NCBI GenBank assembly: GCA_963675595.2 | Contig: CAXXLZ010000001.1 | Location: 1,216,001 to 1,280,000, forward strand | Source of the DNA: Thermodesulfobacteriota bacterium | GTDB taxonomy: Bacteria; Desulfobacterota; Desulfarculia; JACQYL01 | Length of the DNA: 64,000 nt | Reading direction: 5' to 3' | In this document: positions 48,326 through 58,341 of the stretch, piece after piece | How the letters are laid out: each line of letters begins with the position of its first letter | Numbering within the stretch: position 1 is the first letter of the stretch | Translations under genes and position numbers: made by a program | The notes under the pieces: generated by a model | Database searches by the model: none | What the model was told of the DNA's origin: nothing | The model's input: only the letters and a program-made list of their open reading frames with translations

Positions 48326-49824
48326 ACAAATTGGGATGGGAGAATCTTCTCCGGAAAAGCCGGGATCGGCTGTCGCAATGGATGCCTCGAGGTTCTCTTC
48401 GAGAATCGACCATCCTGGGAGGCTTTTGGAGGCTCTTTTCTCTGGCTCTTTCCGGAGTGCTGGGCATGGCCTCCGGCATCATTCTGGCTCGTTTGCTTTC
48501 TCCGGAAATCTTCGGGATGGTGGGCCTCCCACTGGCCTTTTTGTCCATATTGGACGGCGTGACCAACACGGGTGTATGGCAGGCTTTGATTCAACGGAAG
48601 AATGATCTCGAACCCTGCCTGGACTCCGCATGGACTCTCCAAGTTCTGAGGGGCTTGCTGCTGGCAAGCGTCACTTTCGTCTCCGCTCCCGTCGCGGCCG
48701 ATTTCTTCGGCAACCCGGACCTGACTCTTCTGTTCAGGGTCCTTGCCTTTACCTTTCTCATCAGAGGCGTTTCCAGCATCGCCATGGTCAATCTGACCAG
48801 AACCATGCAGTTTCGACGACTTACCTGGTTCGATCAGTTAAGCGGTATCGTCTCCTCTCTGGGGAAGATCGCTCTGGTCCTGGTGATGAGAAACGTCTGG
48901 GCTCTCGTGTGGTCCAGCTTGTTCAGCGCCTGCGTCCGAACCGGCGCCTCCTATGTGTTCGCACCAAGAAGACATCGTTTCGCATGGGAAGCGACGGTTG
49001 TTATGACGCTTCTGAAGTTCGGGAAATACATCTGGGGAGCGGGCGTGGCCTATTATCTGATTACCGGGGGGGACCGCTTGGTGATCGGGCGTATTGCGGG
49101 GCAGGAGGAACTAGGCCTGTATCTCTTCGCACTCACCTTGGCGTTCATTCCGGCAAAATACGCCACGAACATCATATCCCAGGTGACATTCCCCGCCTTT
49201 TCCATTATTCAAGGCAATCCGGAACGTTTGAGAGCGGCCTTCCAACGCGTATTCTTCTGGACCAACCTCGCCATCCTCCCTTTCGCAGGCTTTCTGTTCG
49301 TTCTCGGCCCGGACTTGATTCGTTGGGTGTATGGGGAGCAGTGGATGGGATCCCTTCCCTTGCTCAGAATTCTTCTTCCCGCAGGCATCGCTTCCGCCGT
49401 CTCCGCAGTGACATTTCCGGTGCTGAGGGCCGTAAACAGACCCGGTCTCGATTTCAGAATGAATCTGACGTATCTGGTGTTCGCCGCTGGTTTGATTGTG
49501 CCCGCCACCAAGACTTGGGGGGTCGTGGGCGCGGCCGTGGTCATGAGCCTCGGCGCCGTGCTGCGCGCCTTGGTCGGCTTTTTGTCTCTTCGGGGAGCCA
49601 TATCATTGCGTCTGTCTCATCCGTTGGGACTGTTCTGCCTGATCGGAGCAATAACCTTGGCTGCGGCGGGACTGACTGCGGCGTTGCGGTCCCTGCTGCA
49701 CACCGCGGCCTGGTGGACGTCGTGTCTGAGTTTGGCAGGAGGAGTGGCGGCGTATCTGACCGGCGCGGGGTGCCTGTTCTTTTTTAGAAGGCGGGGGCCG
49801 GCTCAAGCGAACGGCAATCCATGA
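48322..49824 (+). CDS. Wzx-type oligosaccharide flippase (WzxC-like)
   Basis: ILARLLSPEIFG, ALIQR, VWALV, DRLVIGR...LGLY, VTFPAFS; many TMs. Confidence 0.9.
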   Translation: MNKLGWENLLRKSRDRLSQWMPRGSLRESTILGGFWRLFSLALSGVLGMASGIILARLLSPEIFGMVGLPLAFLSILDGVTNTGVWQALIQRKNDLEPCLDSAWTLQVLRGLLLASVTFVSAPVAADFFGNPDLTLLFRVLAFTFLIRGVSSIAMVNLTRTMQFRRLTWFDQLSGIVSSLGKIALVLVMRNVWALVWSSLFSACVRTGASYVFAPRRHRFAWEATVVMTLLKFGKYIWGAGVAYYLITGGDRLVIGRIAGQEELGLYLFALTLAFIPAKYATNIISQVTFPAFSIIQGNPERLRAAFQRVFFWTNLAILPFAGFLFVLGPDLIRWVYGEQWMGSLPLLRILLPAGIASAVSAVTFPVLRAVNRPGLDFRMNLTYLVFAAGLIVPATKTWGVVGAAVVMSLGAVLRALVGFLSLRGAISLRLSHPLGLFCLIGAITLAAAGLTAALRSLLHTAAWWTSCLSLAGGVAAYLTGAGCLFFFRRRGPAQANGNP

Positions 49825-50825
49825 GTGTTACCTTAGGCGTCATTACCCGAAACAGACCCCGGCATTTGGCGCAATGCCTCAGAAGCATCGCGACCCAAAC
49901 AAGGCTTCCCGATGCCCTGATCCTGGTCAACAACGGTTCGCGGCCGATTCCCCGGTCCGTTCTTGACGAATTACCTCGAAATCTGCCGCTGACGCTCATC
50001 TCCGAGACCACTCCGAGCATTCCCCTCAGCCGAAACCTCTGTCTTCGGGCTTGCGGTACGGACTTATTGGCCTTCACCGACGACGACTGCATCGCCCCCG
50101 CCCAGTGGCTGGACAAAGTTTGGCAATCCGTGGGGAACTTCCCGGAAGCGGCGGCGGTTGGGGGGCACGTGATGAACGGCGGGCATGGAATCCTTGGGGA
50201 AGCCAATCAGATTCTCTGGGAAAGTTGGCTCGCCGCATATCGTGTGGAACGCCGCGAAGGCGGAAGGGACATCCGTTTTCGACGTCCCCGGCTGATTCCG
50301 TCGCTGTTGAAACGGGAGGCGGAAGTTCGAAGCCTCTTCACCGCCAACGTGTGCTATCGCGTGGAACGTCTTGCGATGTTCGGCGGGTTTGACGAGTCAC
50401 TGCTTACGATGTCCGATGAAGAGTTGCATTGGCGTATGACTCAAGCCGGGGAGAGCCTCCGCTACATTCCGAACAACCCGGTGATCCACGTCCACAGAGG
50501 AACGTTTCGTGCCTTCATCGCGCAACATTTCCGCTACGGCATCGGTTTCCACCAGACCAGGACGCTGCATCCGGACATGCCGGGCAGGCTTCCGGGGACC
50601 TTGGGAAGAATGGTCCTCGCCTCCCCCGTCCTCGCCCTTGCGGGGCCGATGTTCCTGACGGCTTCTCGGCGTTTGGGACCTCGGACTCCGGCCTTGCTCG
50701 CCCTGATGTGGGCGGCGGACGCGGCTTTCAGGGCAGGTGTCGTTCACGCGGCACGGAAGAACGCGCGAAGATGTCGATCGCGCGTCCCGGTTTCTCCAAC
50801 TCTACCCGCAGACCTCGCGGAATAG
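49821..50825 (+). CDS. GT2 glycosyltransferase
   Basis: VITRNRP, SRN, AFTDDDC, GGFDE, DEEL, RYG.G. Confidence 0.88.
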   Translation: MSVTLGVITRNRPRHLAQCLRSIATQTRLPDALILVNNGSRPIPRSVLDELPRNLPLTLISETTPSIPLSRNLCLRACGTDLLAFTDDDCIAPAQWLDKVWQSVGNFPEAAAVGGHVMNGGHGILGEANQILWESWLAAYRVERREGGRDIRFRRPRLIPSLLKREAEVRSLFTANVCYRVERLAMFGGFDESLLTMSDEELHWRMTQAGESLRYIPNNPVIHVHRGTFRAFIAQHFRYGIGFHQTRTLHPDMPGRLPGTLGRMVLASPVLALAGPMFLTASRRLGPRTPALLALMWAADAAFRAGVVHAARKNARRCRSRVPVSPTLPADLAE

Positions 50826-52737
50826 GCCTCCAACTCGGAAGCGGCTCATGGAAGCCGGTCACTGCGTGCACGAAACCGCTCACCGTTTGTGCGGCAACTT
50901 CTCTAAGGGGAAGAAAGATCATCTCACAAGGTCCGAGCGCCGTACTCCATCGTTCCAGGTAGTCGTAACGAAAGGCCGTCTCGTTTCCGCGCCGTGCATC
51001 GAAGTCTTCTCCGGCTATCGGACGAGTCACCGAGGATGCTTCATCCCACCCGGAAAAAAGCCTGAATACGGCGGGACGCCACCACACCGACCGTTGCGTG
51101 CGGTTTTCCACACGGTCCCAGAAAAGGACGACGGGCGGGTCCAAACACAGCAGAAGACTCCGGTGCAAAACGACTCGTTGTTTTCGACGTGAGCCGGTAA
51201 TTCGGTACGGCATTTTGCCGATACCCAACCTCCGCACCACTGGTTCCAGTCGAAAAAAAACAGCCGGTCGAGTCCGAAGCAATCGTGTGATTCGACCCTG
51301 CACAATGCGCCATGAGTTGACGCCGTGCAAAACCCCCGTCCCCTGTATCAGCGTTACTCCGTCCGCAGGCGTATCCACGGACACATCCCGCCACGTATAG
51401 GGATGGTGCGTTTTACCATCAACGATCAGAAGCGGAAGGAAACCCGGGCTCCTGATGGCTTCCCTGGGACGGGGAGGCGCCGGAGGAGGCGGAACCAGGT
51501 CTCGCCCCTTCACCCGGAAGGCATAAAGATTCATTCCCGAAAACCGGGGATCCAGCTCGAATTCCGGATAGGTCTCCCGGCCCTGAAGGGAAACCGCGAG
51601 ATGGACATCGCCGGAACGGCAGAGAACGAATCCGGCTTGCTCATAGACTCGGCATCCGGAAGCCGGAGTGATGTCGGCCCGATCCGTATCCAAGACCGTT
51701 TCTCCGCCAAGCGCGGGGTCCAAAAGCAAGGCGGCCGCTATGGCGTTATATACGGTATGGTGCATGTAGAAATCCCAGGATCCACGGTCTCTCCCTCTGG
51801 ATCCGGGATTCAGAGCCAGCGTGCCGTCTTCCGATTTCAACCCGCATAGATGGGACAAGATTCGTGGGATGATTGCTCTGATTTGGGCGCATGCTCCCTG
51901 ATTTTCCGGGTCTGGAAAATCGGACGTCCGAAGAACCAGGCCTTCCAGCGCGCAAAGAGCCGTGGCGGCCCCAAAAATACTGTGGTTGCTCCTGCCGTAA
52001 CAGGCGAATTTGCCGGAATCGTCGAACCACGGCAGCAACGCTTCGATGCCTTTTCGTGCGGCGATGCGCACCCGTTCGTCATTCAGCAATCCGAGACATT
52101 TCCACAGGAAGAAGCAGGTGGCCGCCTGATAGGCCGGCGGGGTCATTGGGCGCGTAGACTCGGATTCATTCTTTCGCGGGAAGTCGGAAAAGAGGCCGTC
52201 GGAGTCCTGCCAAGCGAGAGTCTCCCGGAGGAGCACTCCCCTCGCCTGCGTCGAGAATTCGGGCCGTTTTCTCAAATGTCCGAGGAGAAGCAGATCCAGG
52301 GCCTTCAGAGTGATCCAGTTATTCCCGTGCGGCGTGAAAGGACCTGAATCGAACCGTGGCTCAATGAGCCCGTCCAGCTTACCACCAATGGAGGCACGGA
52401 CGCTCGATGGCAGAGCATCGACGCCGTCCAGTTCCAGTCTCGCCGAAATCAAGGCGAACTGAACGAATTCCCGATGCCCTTTCCTCTGCTCCGGAAGAGC
52501 GATCAGATAGTCGAGTACTCTCTCCGGATGGGAAAGGAATTCCGTTTCACCGGTTCGGGCGATGAGACGCAGGATCGCCAAAACGTAGAAGGCGTGCGCG
52601 CAGTTCCCGTCGGGAGTGGGCGCTTCATCCCAATGGTCGAACAAGGTACCGGAAGGAAGCAGGCTGTCGGATAGGCCGCGGCAGATGCCCTCTCCCAAAC
52701 CACTCCTGGAACCGGTCGTTTCCGAGGGAGTCCGCAA
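50728..52737 (-). CDS. Hypothetical protein (alpha/alpha-toroid-like N-terminus, beta-rich C-terminus)
   Basis: Long ORF in the minus-strand operon; GNNW, QDSDGLFSDFP, YGRSN, YMHHTVYN; overlaps GT2 3' end by 98 nt. Confidence 0.65.
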   Translation of the reverse strand: MRTPSETTGSRSGLGEGICRGLSDSLLPSGTLFDHWDEAPTPDGNCAHAFYVLAILRLIARTGETEFLSHPERVLDYLIALPEQRKGHREFVQFALISARLELDGVDALPSSVRASIGGKLDGLIEPRFDSGPFTPHGNNWITLKALDLLLLGHLRKRPEFSTQARGVLLRETLAWQDSDGLFSDFPRKNESESTRPMTPPAYQAATCFFLWKCLGLLNDERVRIAARKGIEALLPWFDDSGKFACYGRSNHSIFGAATALCALEGLVLRTSDFPDPENQGACAQIRAIIPRILSHLCGLKSEDGTLALNPGSRGRDRGSWDFYMHHTVYNAIAAALLLDPALGGETVLDTDRADITPASGCRVYEQAGFVLCRSGDVHLAVSLQGRETYPEFELDPRFSGMNLYAFRVKGRDLVPPPPAPPRPREAIRSPGFLPLLIVDGKTHHPYTWRDVSVDTPADGVTLIQGTGVLHGVNSWRIVQGRITRLLRTRPAVFFRLEPVVRRLGIGKMPYRITGSRRKQRVVLHRSLLLCLDPPVVLFWDRVENRTQRSVWWRPAVFRLFSGWDEASSVTRPIAGEDFDARRGNETAFRYDYLERWSTALGPCEMIFLPLREVAAQTVSGFVHAVTGFHEPLPSWRPIPRGLRVELEKPGRAIDIFARSSVPRERHLP

Positions 52738-52743
52738 AGTCCT

Positions 52744-53850
52744 TCACCAAGATCCGATTTTCCGGTTGATGAAGGGCATGGAGCAGGCGCCGCGGCGAAG
52801 GCGGGGAGCGTGGTATCGTACCAGGGCTCTCGGAAGGGCGAGCCAGGGCCTGAGTGTGGGAAACCGTCCACTTTCGGCTTCTCGGTCTTCTACGGGCACC
52901 GAGCAGACGGCGCAAGGCTGCGGCAGTCCCTGGGAGGGGTCCAGAAGCCGCCTTCTCAAGTCACGCATTCGCGGGCCGTTCCAGACTTCATCCAGCGATT
53001 GTTCGTTAAGGTCCCCCGCGACGTATTCGTTTCGATAGTCCTGAAAACAGGCGGCCGCCTTTCCGTCCCAGGACACGAACAGCCCGGTGAAAGGCCTCAG
53101 ACAGGCACGGGAATAAACGGCACTGCGAGAGGATTCGATGGCTTTCCGCGATATGCCGCCGACTTCCGCCAGGTCGTTCACATAAGAACCCGTGGCGTGA
53201 ATGGGAGAAACGAAAATCCGATCCACGGGCAGCCCCCTGAAGCGATCCAGAAAAGCGGGGTCCGGGTCCGGATCGTAAGCACGGTCTTCGAATACCCTGA
53301 GGATCTTGACGGCCACCATGGGCCGGGAAAGGCCGAGCCTTTTCTTGAGCTCAAGAAATCCGAGAATATTTGCAAGAGTTTTCTCGTAACTTGCACCGAC
53401 ATGGGACTTTTCGTACTCTTCAGGAAATTCGCTGTCAAAACTGATCATCAGATTATCCAGCCCACTTTCGAGCAGAGCACGGGCACGGCCTCCCCGAAGC
53501 AGGGTGGCGTTGGTGTGCAGAAATGTTTGTGGAATTCCCGCTTGTTTTGCTTTGTGGATCCATGCGGGCAGTCGAGGATGCAATAATGCTTCTCCGCATC
53601 CGTTGAGCGTCAGATGAAACACACGGCCCGCGGCTTGTTCGAGGATTCTTAGGTAGAGCTCCTCCGTCATGGAACCCAACGGCCGGTTCAGTCCGTAATG
53701 ATGAGCGCACTTGACGCACCGGAGATTGCATCGGTTGGTGGACTCTACCCATAGTGAGACGGGTGGGACGCAACGCGTGCGTCCGTTCCGGAAACGCCTG
53801 TACGCCGAGTGGTTTCGGTAAAGATATTGCACGGTCTTCAGCAATTCCAT
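52744..53850 (-). CDS. Radical SAM protein with SPASM/twitch domain
   Basis: CNLRCVKC; GEALLHP; CLRPF...WDGKAAAC.QD...GDL..QSLDEVWNG...CAVC. Confidence 0.92.
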   Translation of the reverse strand: MELLKTVQYLYRNHSAYRRFRNGRTRCVPPVSLWVESTNRCNLRCVKCAHHYGLNRPLGSMTEELYLRILEQAAGRVFHLTLNGCGEALLHPRLPAWIHKAKQAGIPQTFLHTNATLLRGGRARALLESGLDNLMISFDSEFPEEYEKSHVGASYEKTLANILGFLELKKRLGLSRPMVAVKILRVFEDRAYDPDPDPAFLDRFRGLPVDRIFVSPIHATGSYVNDLAEVGGISRKAIESSRSAVYSRACLRPFTGLFVSWDGKAAACFQDYRNEYVAGDLNEQSLDEVWNGPRMRDLRRRLLDPSQGLPQPCAVCSVPVEDREAESGRFPTLRPWLALPRALVRYHAPRLRRGACSMPFINRKIGSW

Positions 53851-53853
53851 GTT

Positions 53854-54903
53854 CTAGACACCGTCCCGAGGAGACCACGCTCTCCTTTTTCGCTTGGTGG
53901 AATTTTCTTGGCGGACCATACGGTTCTTCCTCATCCAATCCGCCAGCCGGCGTATGCCCGTCGCGGGATCCACCTTGGGTTCAAAGCCGAGTTCGAGTCG
54001 CGCACGTCCAATATCATAGTAGCGATCACGGGTTGCCAAGTCCAACTGAAGCGTGGTGGGCAGGGATCCCACTCCCGGAAGACGGAGCCCGGTCCGACTA
54101 CGGATATGGTACGCCGCATCCCCGACCATCGCAGGGCCGCGCAGCGCCCAGACGGGAATCGGCAGGCACGCTCCCCGCAATCCGAGAGCGGCCCTTATTT
54201 CGAAAACCAGTTCCTCCAAGGTGCAGGGCCTTGGACCGGCCAGGAGATGGCTTCCACCGTCGGACCTTCCGTGAATAGCGGCCAGGAGCAAACCTTCCGC
54301 CACGTCGGACAGCTCCACGAGATGCAGGCGGTTCTTTCCGTTTCCCGGAAACACGCCAAAACGGCGGGAGCACAAACGGGTCAAACCCACGGCGAAGCCG
54401 GAAGACTCACCGGGACCGTAAACCATGGCGGGCCGCACAATGCACGCCGGCAGCCCGAGTTTCCTCACGGCGCGCAGGACCACCCTCTCTCCCAGGAGTT
54501 TGGAAAAATGATAACGCCCAACGGGATTCATGGGCGAGGATTCTCGGATGGGAAGCCGGGACGGCCAACCGTGCACGCCGACACTGCTCACATGGACGAA
54601 TTTCCGGGCTTCCGAACGCAGGGCCAACTCGATCACACGTGAGGTGAGGACCACGTTGGCGCGAACGTAATCCACCAATGGTTTGGGTTCTTTCTCCCTC
54701 AGTCCCGCCAAGTGAACCCATATGGCGTGAGCCGGCAAATCGCGTGCTTCCGGTTGCTTATCATTGGAAAATGCATAGTCCTCCGGCCGTACCCTCAGCT
54801 TCACCACCGGGAACCCGTTTCGGGTCAGTCGGTCGCAAAACGCCGCACCGATGAATCCCGAAGCCCCCGTGACCACGAAAACCGTGTTATCGGAAGATTT
54901 CAT
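53854..54903 (-). CDS. NAD-dependent epimerase/dehydratase
   Basis: VTGASGFIG, HLAG, HVSS, YHFSK (YxxxK), RP.MVYGPG; start ATG 54903. Confidence 0.9.
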   Translation of the reverse strand: MKSSDNTVFVVTGASGFIGAAFCDRLTRNGFPVVKLRVRPEDYAFSNDKQPEARDLPAHAIWVHLAGLREKEPKPLVDYVRANVVLTSRVIELALRSEARKFVHVSSVGVHGWPSRLPIRESSPMNPVGRYHFSKLLGERVVLRAVRKLGLPACIVRPAMVYGPGESSGFAVGLTRLCSRRFGVFPGNGKNRLHLVELSDVAEGLLLAAIHGRSDGGSHLLAGPRPCTLEELVFEIRAALGLRGACLPIPVWALRGPAMVGDAAYHIRSRTGLRLPGVGSLPTTLQLDLATRDRYYDIGRARLELGFEPKVDPATGIRRLADWMRKNRMVRQENSTKRKRRAWSPRDGV

Positions 54904-55642
54904 AAACCAGGTAGCGATGGTGAGCCCAAAGGCTTTTGAATTTCTCCGGAAAGCCGTCTTCAAGGAAAGAAAGTCGGCGCACGATGGTCTTCTGAGACGG
55001 CGCTTCGCCCTTCAGAAAATCCAGGGTACTCCATCTCCAGACGCGAGACCGTCGCCCGACGTTCCCCGGAAGCCGCTCCTTGATCGCAAATCCCGTATCG
55101 GGCCAAGGAGGACAATCCAGAAATCCCTGTTCCACGACTGCACCCGGCAATTGTTCCAGGATCCGCAAAACATGGCCGAAGGGCAATCCTCCGCCTTTCT
55201 TGTTGAGGCCCATTTTGTGACACACGCTCTCATTGGGCTGAATGATCAGCAGTATCCTCCCGCAAATGCGGTACAGGTCGCGTACGGTTTTCTCCGCGTC
55301 GCTACCCTGCCCCACTCCGTGGAAACTCAAAACAATATCAAAAGCCCCGTCCCTGAACGGTAGAGGCGGCTCGGATTGTGTCACCAAAACCGTACCTCTC
55401 AGAAGCCTCCACAGGCGTGCGGCTTCTTGTGCCGTTCGGTACGATGGATCCGCCTGCACCACGGGGATTCCCCGAGAGACGAACCGCACGGGATTGGGTC
55501 CCGAAAGACCGGACATTCGCCCCAAAGGCGTTTCGAGCACCGAGCGGAAGCGATATTTTTCATCCAACCGGTCAATGAGCTTCCAAAGCCTGTGACGTTC
55601 GTATACGGTGCCCAGCCCCTCTTCACGTTCCAAGAGGTCCAT
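54887..55642 (-). CDS. Class I methyltransferase-like protein
   Basis: EGLGTVYER, LPFRDGAFDIVLSF, DCPPWPD; start ATG 55642 after GAGG. Confidence 0.7.
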   Translation of the reverse strand: MDLLEREEGLGTVYERHRLWKLIDRLDEKYRFRSVLETPLGRMSGLSGPNPVRFVSRGIPVVQADPSYRTAQEAARLWRLLRGTVLVTQSEPPLPFRDGAFDIVLSFHGVGQGSDAEKTVRDLYRICGRILLIIQPNESVCHKMGLNKKGGGLPFGHVLRILEQLPGAVVEQGFLDCPPWPDTGFAIKERLPGNVGRRSRVWRWSTLDFLKGEAPSQKTIVRRLSFLEDGFPEKFKSLWAHHRYLVYEIFR

Positions 55643-55644
55643 GC

Positions 55645-56841
55645 TCACAGTTTCCTCGACCGGCCCATACTCAGGGCGGCCAATTGAACCACGGCGCGGG
55701 GATCGAGCACCATACCGGTGAAAAACGCATTGGCCATATGACAGGAACATGCCGCCGTTTCCAACATCCTGCGCGTTTGTCGGGCTCGGACCCCATTCCA
55801 CAGTTGCGAAAAGTCGAAATTGTGCTCGGACAATCGGCCCATGGGGTCACCCCGAACACAGCAGGCCGAAACGGCCCCATCGGCATCCACGTGGGCGGAG
55901 AGCCTCCCCGCCCTGCACGGCGGGCGTTTTATTCCTCCGCGGAAGGCTCCGAGCATGAAAGAATAATAGAACAGTCGGGCCGCCCTGGACAATCGTACGA
56001 CCCCTCGGGCTTCAGCCCTTTCGAGGTCTCGGATGAGAAACGGCATCACTTGCCTGAGTTCGCGGTCTTCAGGTACGGATTCAAAGCCCTGGTTGGCCAG
56101 CTCCCAGCGCTCTTGCGCGGGCTCCACAATGAGTTGGTCCGCCCCCAGTTGCCGAAGTCTAGGGAGAATCGAAGGAAGGCGATGAAGGTTCAACCTCGAA
56201 ATCACCAGGTGAACGCCCACGTTGAGGTTATTCGGCGCCTCACGCTTGAGATTTCTCACCAGAGAAGAGGCTGCTCGGAATACTCCCTCTTTTCCCCGGA
56301 TTTGGTCGTGAAGCTCACCGACTTCATCCAAAGAGACATTCACAGTGAAGGCGGTTTTCGGATGTTTCAAAGCCAAGCCGCGCATGATTTCCCCGGTTCG
56401 GGGAACCGTTCCGTTGGTGGCGACATTTACCAGCACGGGGCGGCAAGTTGCGCAGAATTGTGAAATGATCTCCCGGAGGTCTTCTCTGAGAAAGGGTTCC
56501 CCACCGGTGAAGGTGATCCACGGGACCCCGAGCTTCAGAGAGGCGGCCAGTCGGGACAGTTCGTCCGGCGACAGGTCCGATCCTCTCCGTGTGTGGATTC
56601 CACAGGTGGGGCACGTGAGGTTGCACCGACGTGTCACGCTCACCGTCAGACTGAGAGGCAAAGGAGTCCATGCCGAATTGAGGAAAACGGCGTGGCGGAC
56701 AATCTTGCGGCTCAATCCGAGGATGCGTGGGATGAGATGTAGAGACGGCGTTTGGATGAGTCGATCCTCCGCCACACCTTGTGAGATCGGCCCCTTGTCA
56801 GATCCAACCATCCCAGGAAACGGGCCCAACCTTCCAAGCAT
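55645..56841 (-). CDS. Radical SAM protein with SPASM domain
   Basis: CNLTCPTC, TGGEPFLR, VSLD, HDQIRG, CRAG...DADG.V..CC...CSC; true start probably downstream of 56841. Confidence 0.9.
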   Translation of the reverse strand: MLGRLGPFPGMVGSDKGPISQGVAEDRLIQTPSLHLIPRILGLSRKIVRHAVFLNSAWTPLPLSLTVSVTRRCNLTCPTCGIHTRRGSDLSPDELSRLAASLKLGVPWITFTGGEPFLREDLREIISQFCATCRPVLVNVATNGTVPRTGEIMRGLALKHPKTAFTVNVSLDEVGELHDQIRGKEGVFRAASSLVRNLKREAPNNLNVGVHLVISRLNLHRLPSILPRLRQLGADQLIVEPAQERWELANQGFESVPEDRELRQVMPFLIRDLERAEARGVVRLSRAARLFYYSFMLGAFRGGIKRPPCRAGRLSAHVDADGAVSACCVRGDPMGRLSEHNFDFSQLWNGVRARQTRRMLETAACSCHMANAFFTGMVLDPRAVVQLAALSMGRSRKL

Positions 56842-57620
56842 ACGGCTGCGGGCGCTACCGCAGGTAATCCTTCAGGATGTTCTTTAAGTTCTTCCTTGAG
56901 GGCGACGAGAATCCGGAATAAGCCGGTGGTCGATACCCGATAACCGGTCCGTTTTTCGAGCTCGGCATGGCCGAATTGGATTCGCCTCCGTTGCTCTATG
57001 AAATCGCGAACGGTGGTGGGGCCATGATTGAACACGACTGCTTGCGGAACGTAAACGAGCTTGAGACCTCGTGCAACGTGAAGCTGTTCCAGACAGGCCT
57101 CGTCCACACAAGTATTCTCATCCAAATGAACGATGGCGTCTTTGAAGGCGATGATTTCACCGAGCTTTGGATCTCCGTGAGCCAGTCGGTGGTGAAGCCT
57201 CCACTGAAGATGCACCACCCGGTTGATAAGACCCACATGCGGATTAAGGGGCACGGGTCTTCCTCCGGTCATGCCCACCTTGGGATCCGCCAGGGGCTCC
57301 GTCAGTCGCGCAACGGCATCTCGAGGAAGGAGAAGGTCCGCACCCAGCACGATACGAATCTTCTCTTCCGCGTGCTTCAGAAATAGATTGATTGCGGTCG
57401 CTTTGCCCGATCGGGTCGGCTGTACCAGGACTTGAATCCGGGAGTCCTGTTGCGCGATCTCTTGGACCGCCGCGATGGTGCCGTCGGTACACCCGCCCGC
57501 CACAACCAGTATTTGGGAAATCCTTCCCGCGGGGATCCGCTGATCAAGAAGCGACCGTAGGAGACTTCGTATGTTTTGTTCTTCGTTGTGCGCCATGACT
57601 CCGACGCTTATGTACCGCAT
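56712..57620 (-). CDS. GT2 glycosyltransferase
   Basis: ISVGVMAHNEE, CTDGT, GKATAIN, DE, QRRRI; start ATG 57620. Confidence 0.88.
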   Translation of the reverse strand: MRYISVGVMAHNEEQNIRSLLRSLLDQRIPAGRISQILVVAGGCTDGTIAAVQEIAQQDSRIQVLVQPTRSGKATAINLFLKHAEEKIRIVLGADLLLPRDAVARLTEPLADPKVGMTGGRPVPLNPHVGLINRVVHLQWRLHHRLAHGDPKLGEIIAFKDAIVHLDENTCVDEACLEQLHVARGLKLVYVPQAVVFNHGPTTVRDFIEQRRRIQFGHAELEKRTGYRVSTTGLFRILVALKEELKEHPEGLPAVAPAAVCLEGWARFLGWLDLTRGRSHKVWRRIDSSKRRLYISSHASSD

Positions 57621-58341
57621 ACGATAGGAAGCTCCATCGGGGGAATTGAAGCGCGAGGACCAGGCGGACCGCTTCAAGGATCATCCCCGTGTTGAGTTTG
57701 GAATTTCCCCTGACCCGGTCCACGAAGCGGATGGGGACCTCTCTCATCCGGAACCCTCTTCGGCGGGCGAGGTAATTCACCTCCACTTGAAATACATATC
57801 CCAAGGACTGGAGGTTCTCCAGATCAATGGCCTCGAGTACTTCCCTGCGAAAACACTTGAAACCCGAGGTCGCATCCGTGCAATAGTCGCCGGTGACGCT
57901 GCGGACGAACCAGGTGGCCATCTTACTGAGTGCCAGGCGATAAGGGGCCCAGTTTACGGTGCCGCCTCCGGTAATATACCTGGAACCCACGACGAAATCG
58001 CAACCTTCCAATGCGTTCAACAGGTCGGGAATCTGAGAGGGGTCGTGGGAAAAGTCTGCGTCCATCTGGATGATCTTACGGTAGCCCGCGTCCAACACCC
58101 GTTTGAAAGCTTGAGCATAGGCACGGCCCAGTCCGGTCCTCCAAGGACGATGAAAGACTCGCACGTGGGGAAGTCTTTCGGCGATTTGATCCGCCAGTTC
58201 CCCCGTGCCGTCGGGTGAACGGTCGTCCACGATAAGCACGTCCAGCGGGAGTTCCAATCGTGAAACGGCCTCCACGATGGGAACCAGGTTCGCCCTCTCA
58301 TTGAACGTCGGAATAACCACGACCGTGTCGTTGATTCTCAG
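57544..58341 (-). CDS. Polyprenol-phosphate mannose synthase (Ppm1/Dpm1-like GT2)
   Basis: VIPTFNE, VDDRSPDGT, GLGRAY, QMDADFSHDP, GSRY, DATSGFKCFRR, EVPIRFVDR..G.SK; possible CTG start at 58341. Confidence 0.92.
   Translation of the reverse strand: MRINDTVVVIPTFNERANLVPIVEAVSRLELPLDVLIVDDRSPDGTGELADQIAERLPHVRVFHRPWRTGLGRAYAQAFKRVLDAGYRKIIQMDADFSHDPSQIPDLLNALEGCDFVVGSRYITGGGTVNWAPYRLALSKMATWFVRSVTGDYCTDATSGFKCFRREVLEAIDLENLQSLGYVFQVEVNYLARRRGFRMREVPIRFVDRVRGNSKLNTGMILEAVRLVLALQFPRWSFLSYAVHKRRSHGAQRRTKHTKSPTVAS

Noticed and set aside
48630-49787. 385-aa alternative-frame ORF inside the flippase gene
   Set aside because: Arg/Gly-rich shadow with no domain signal
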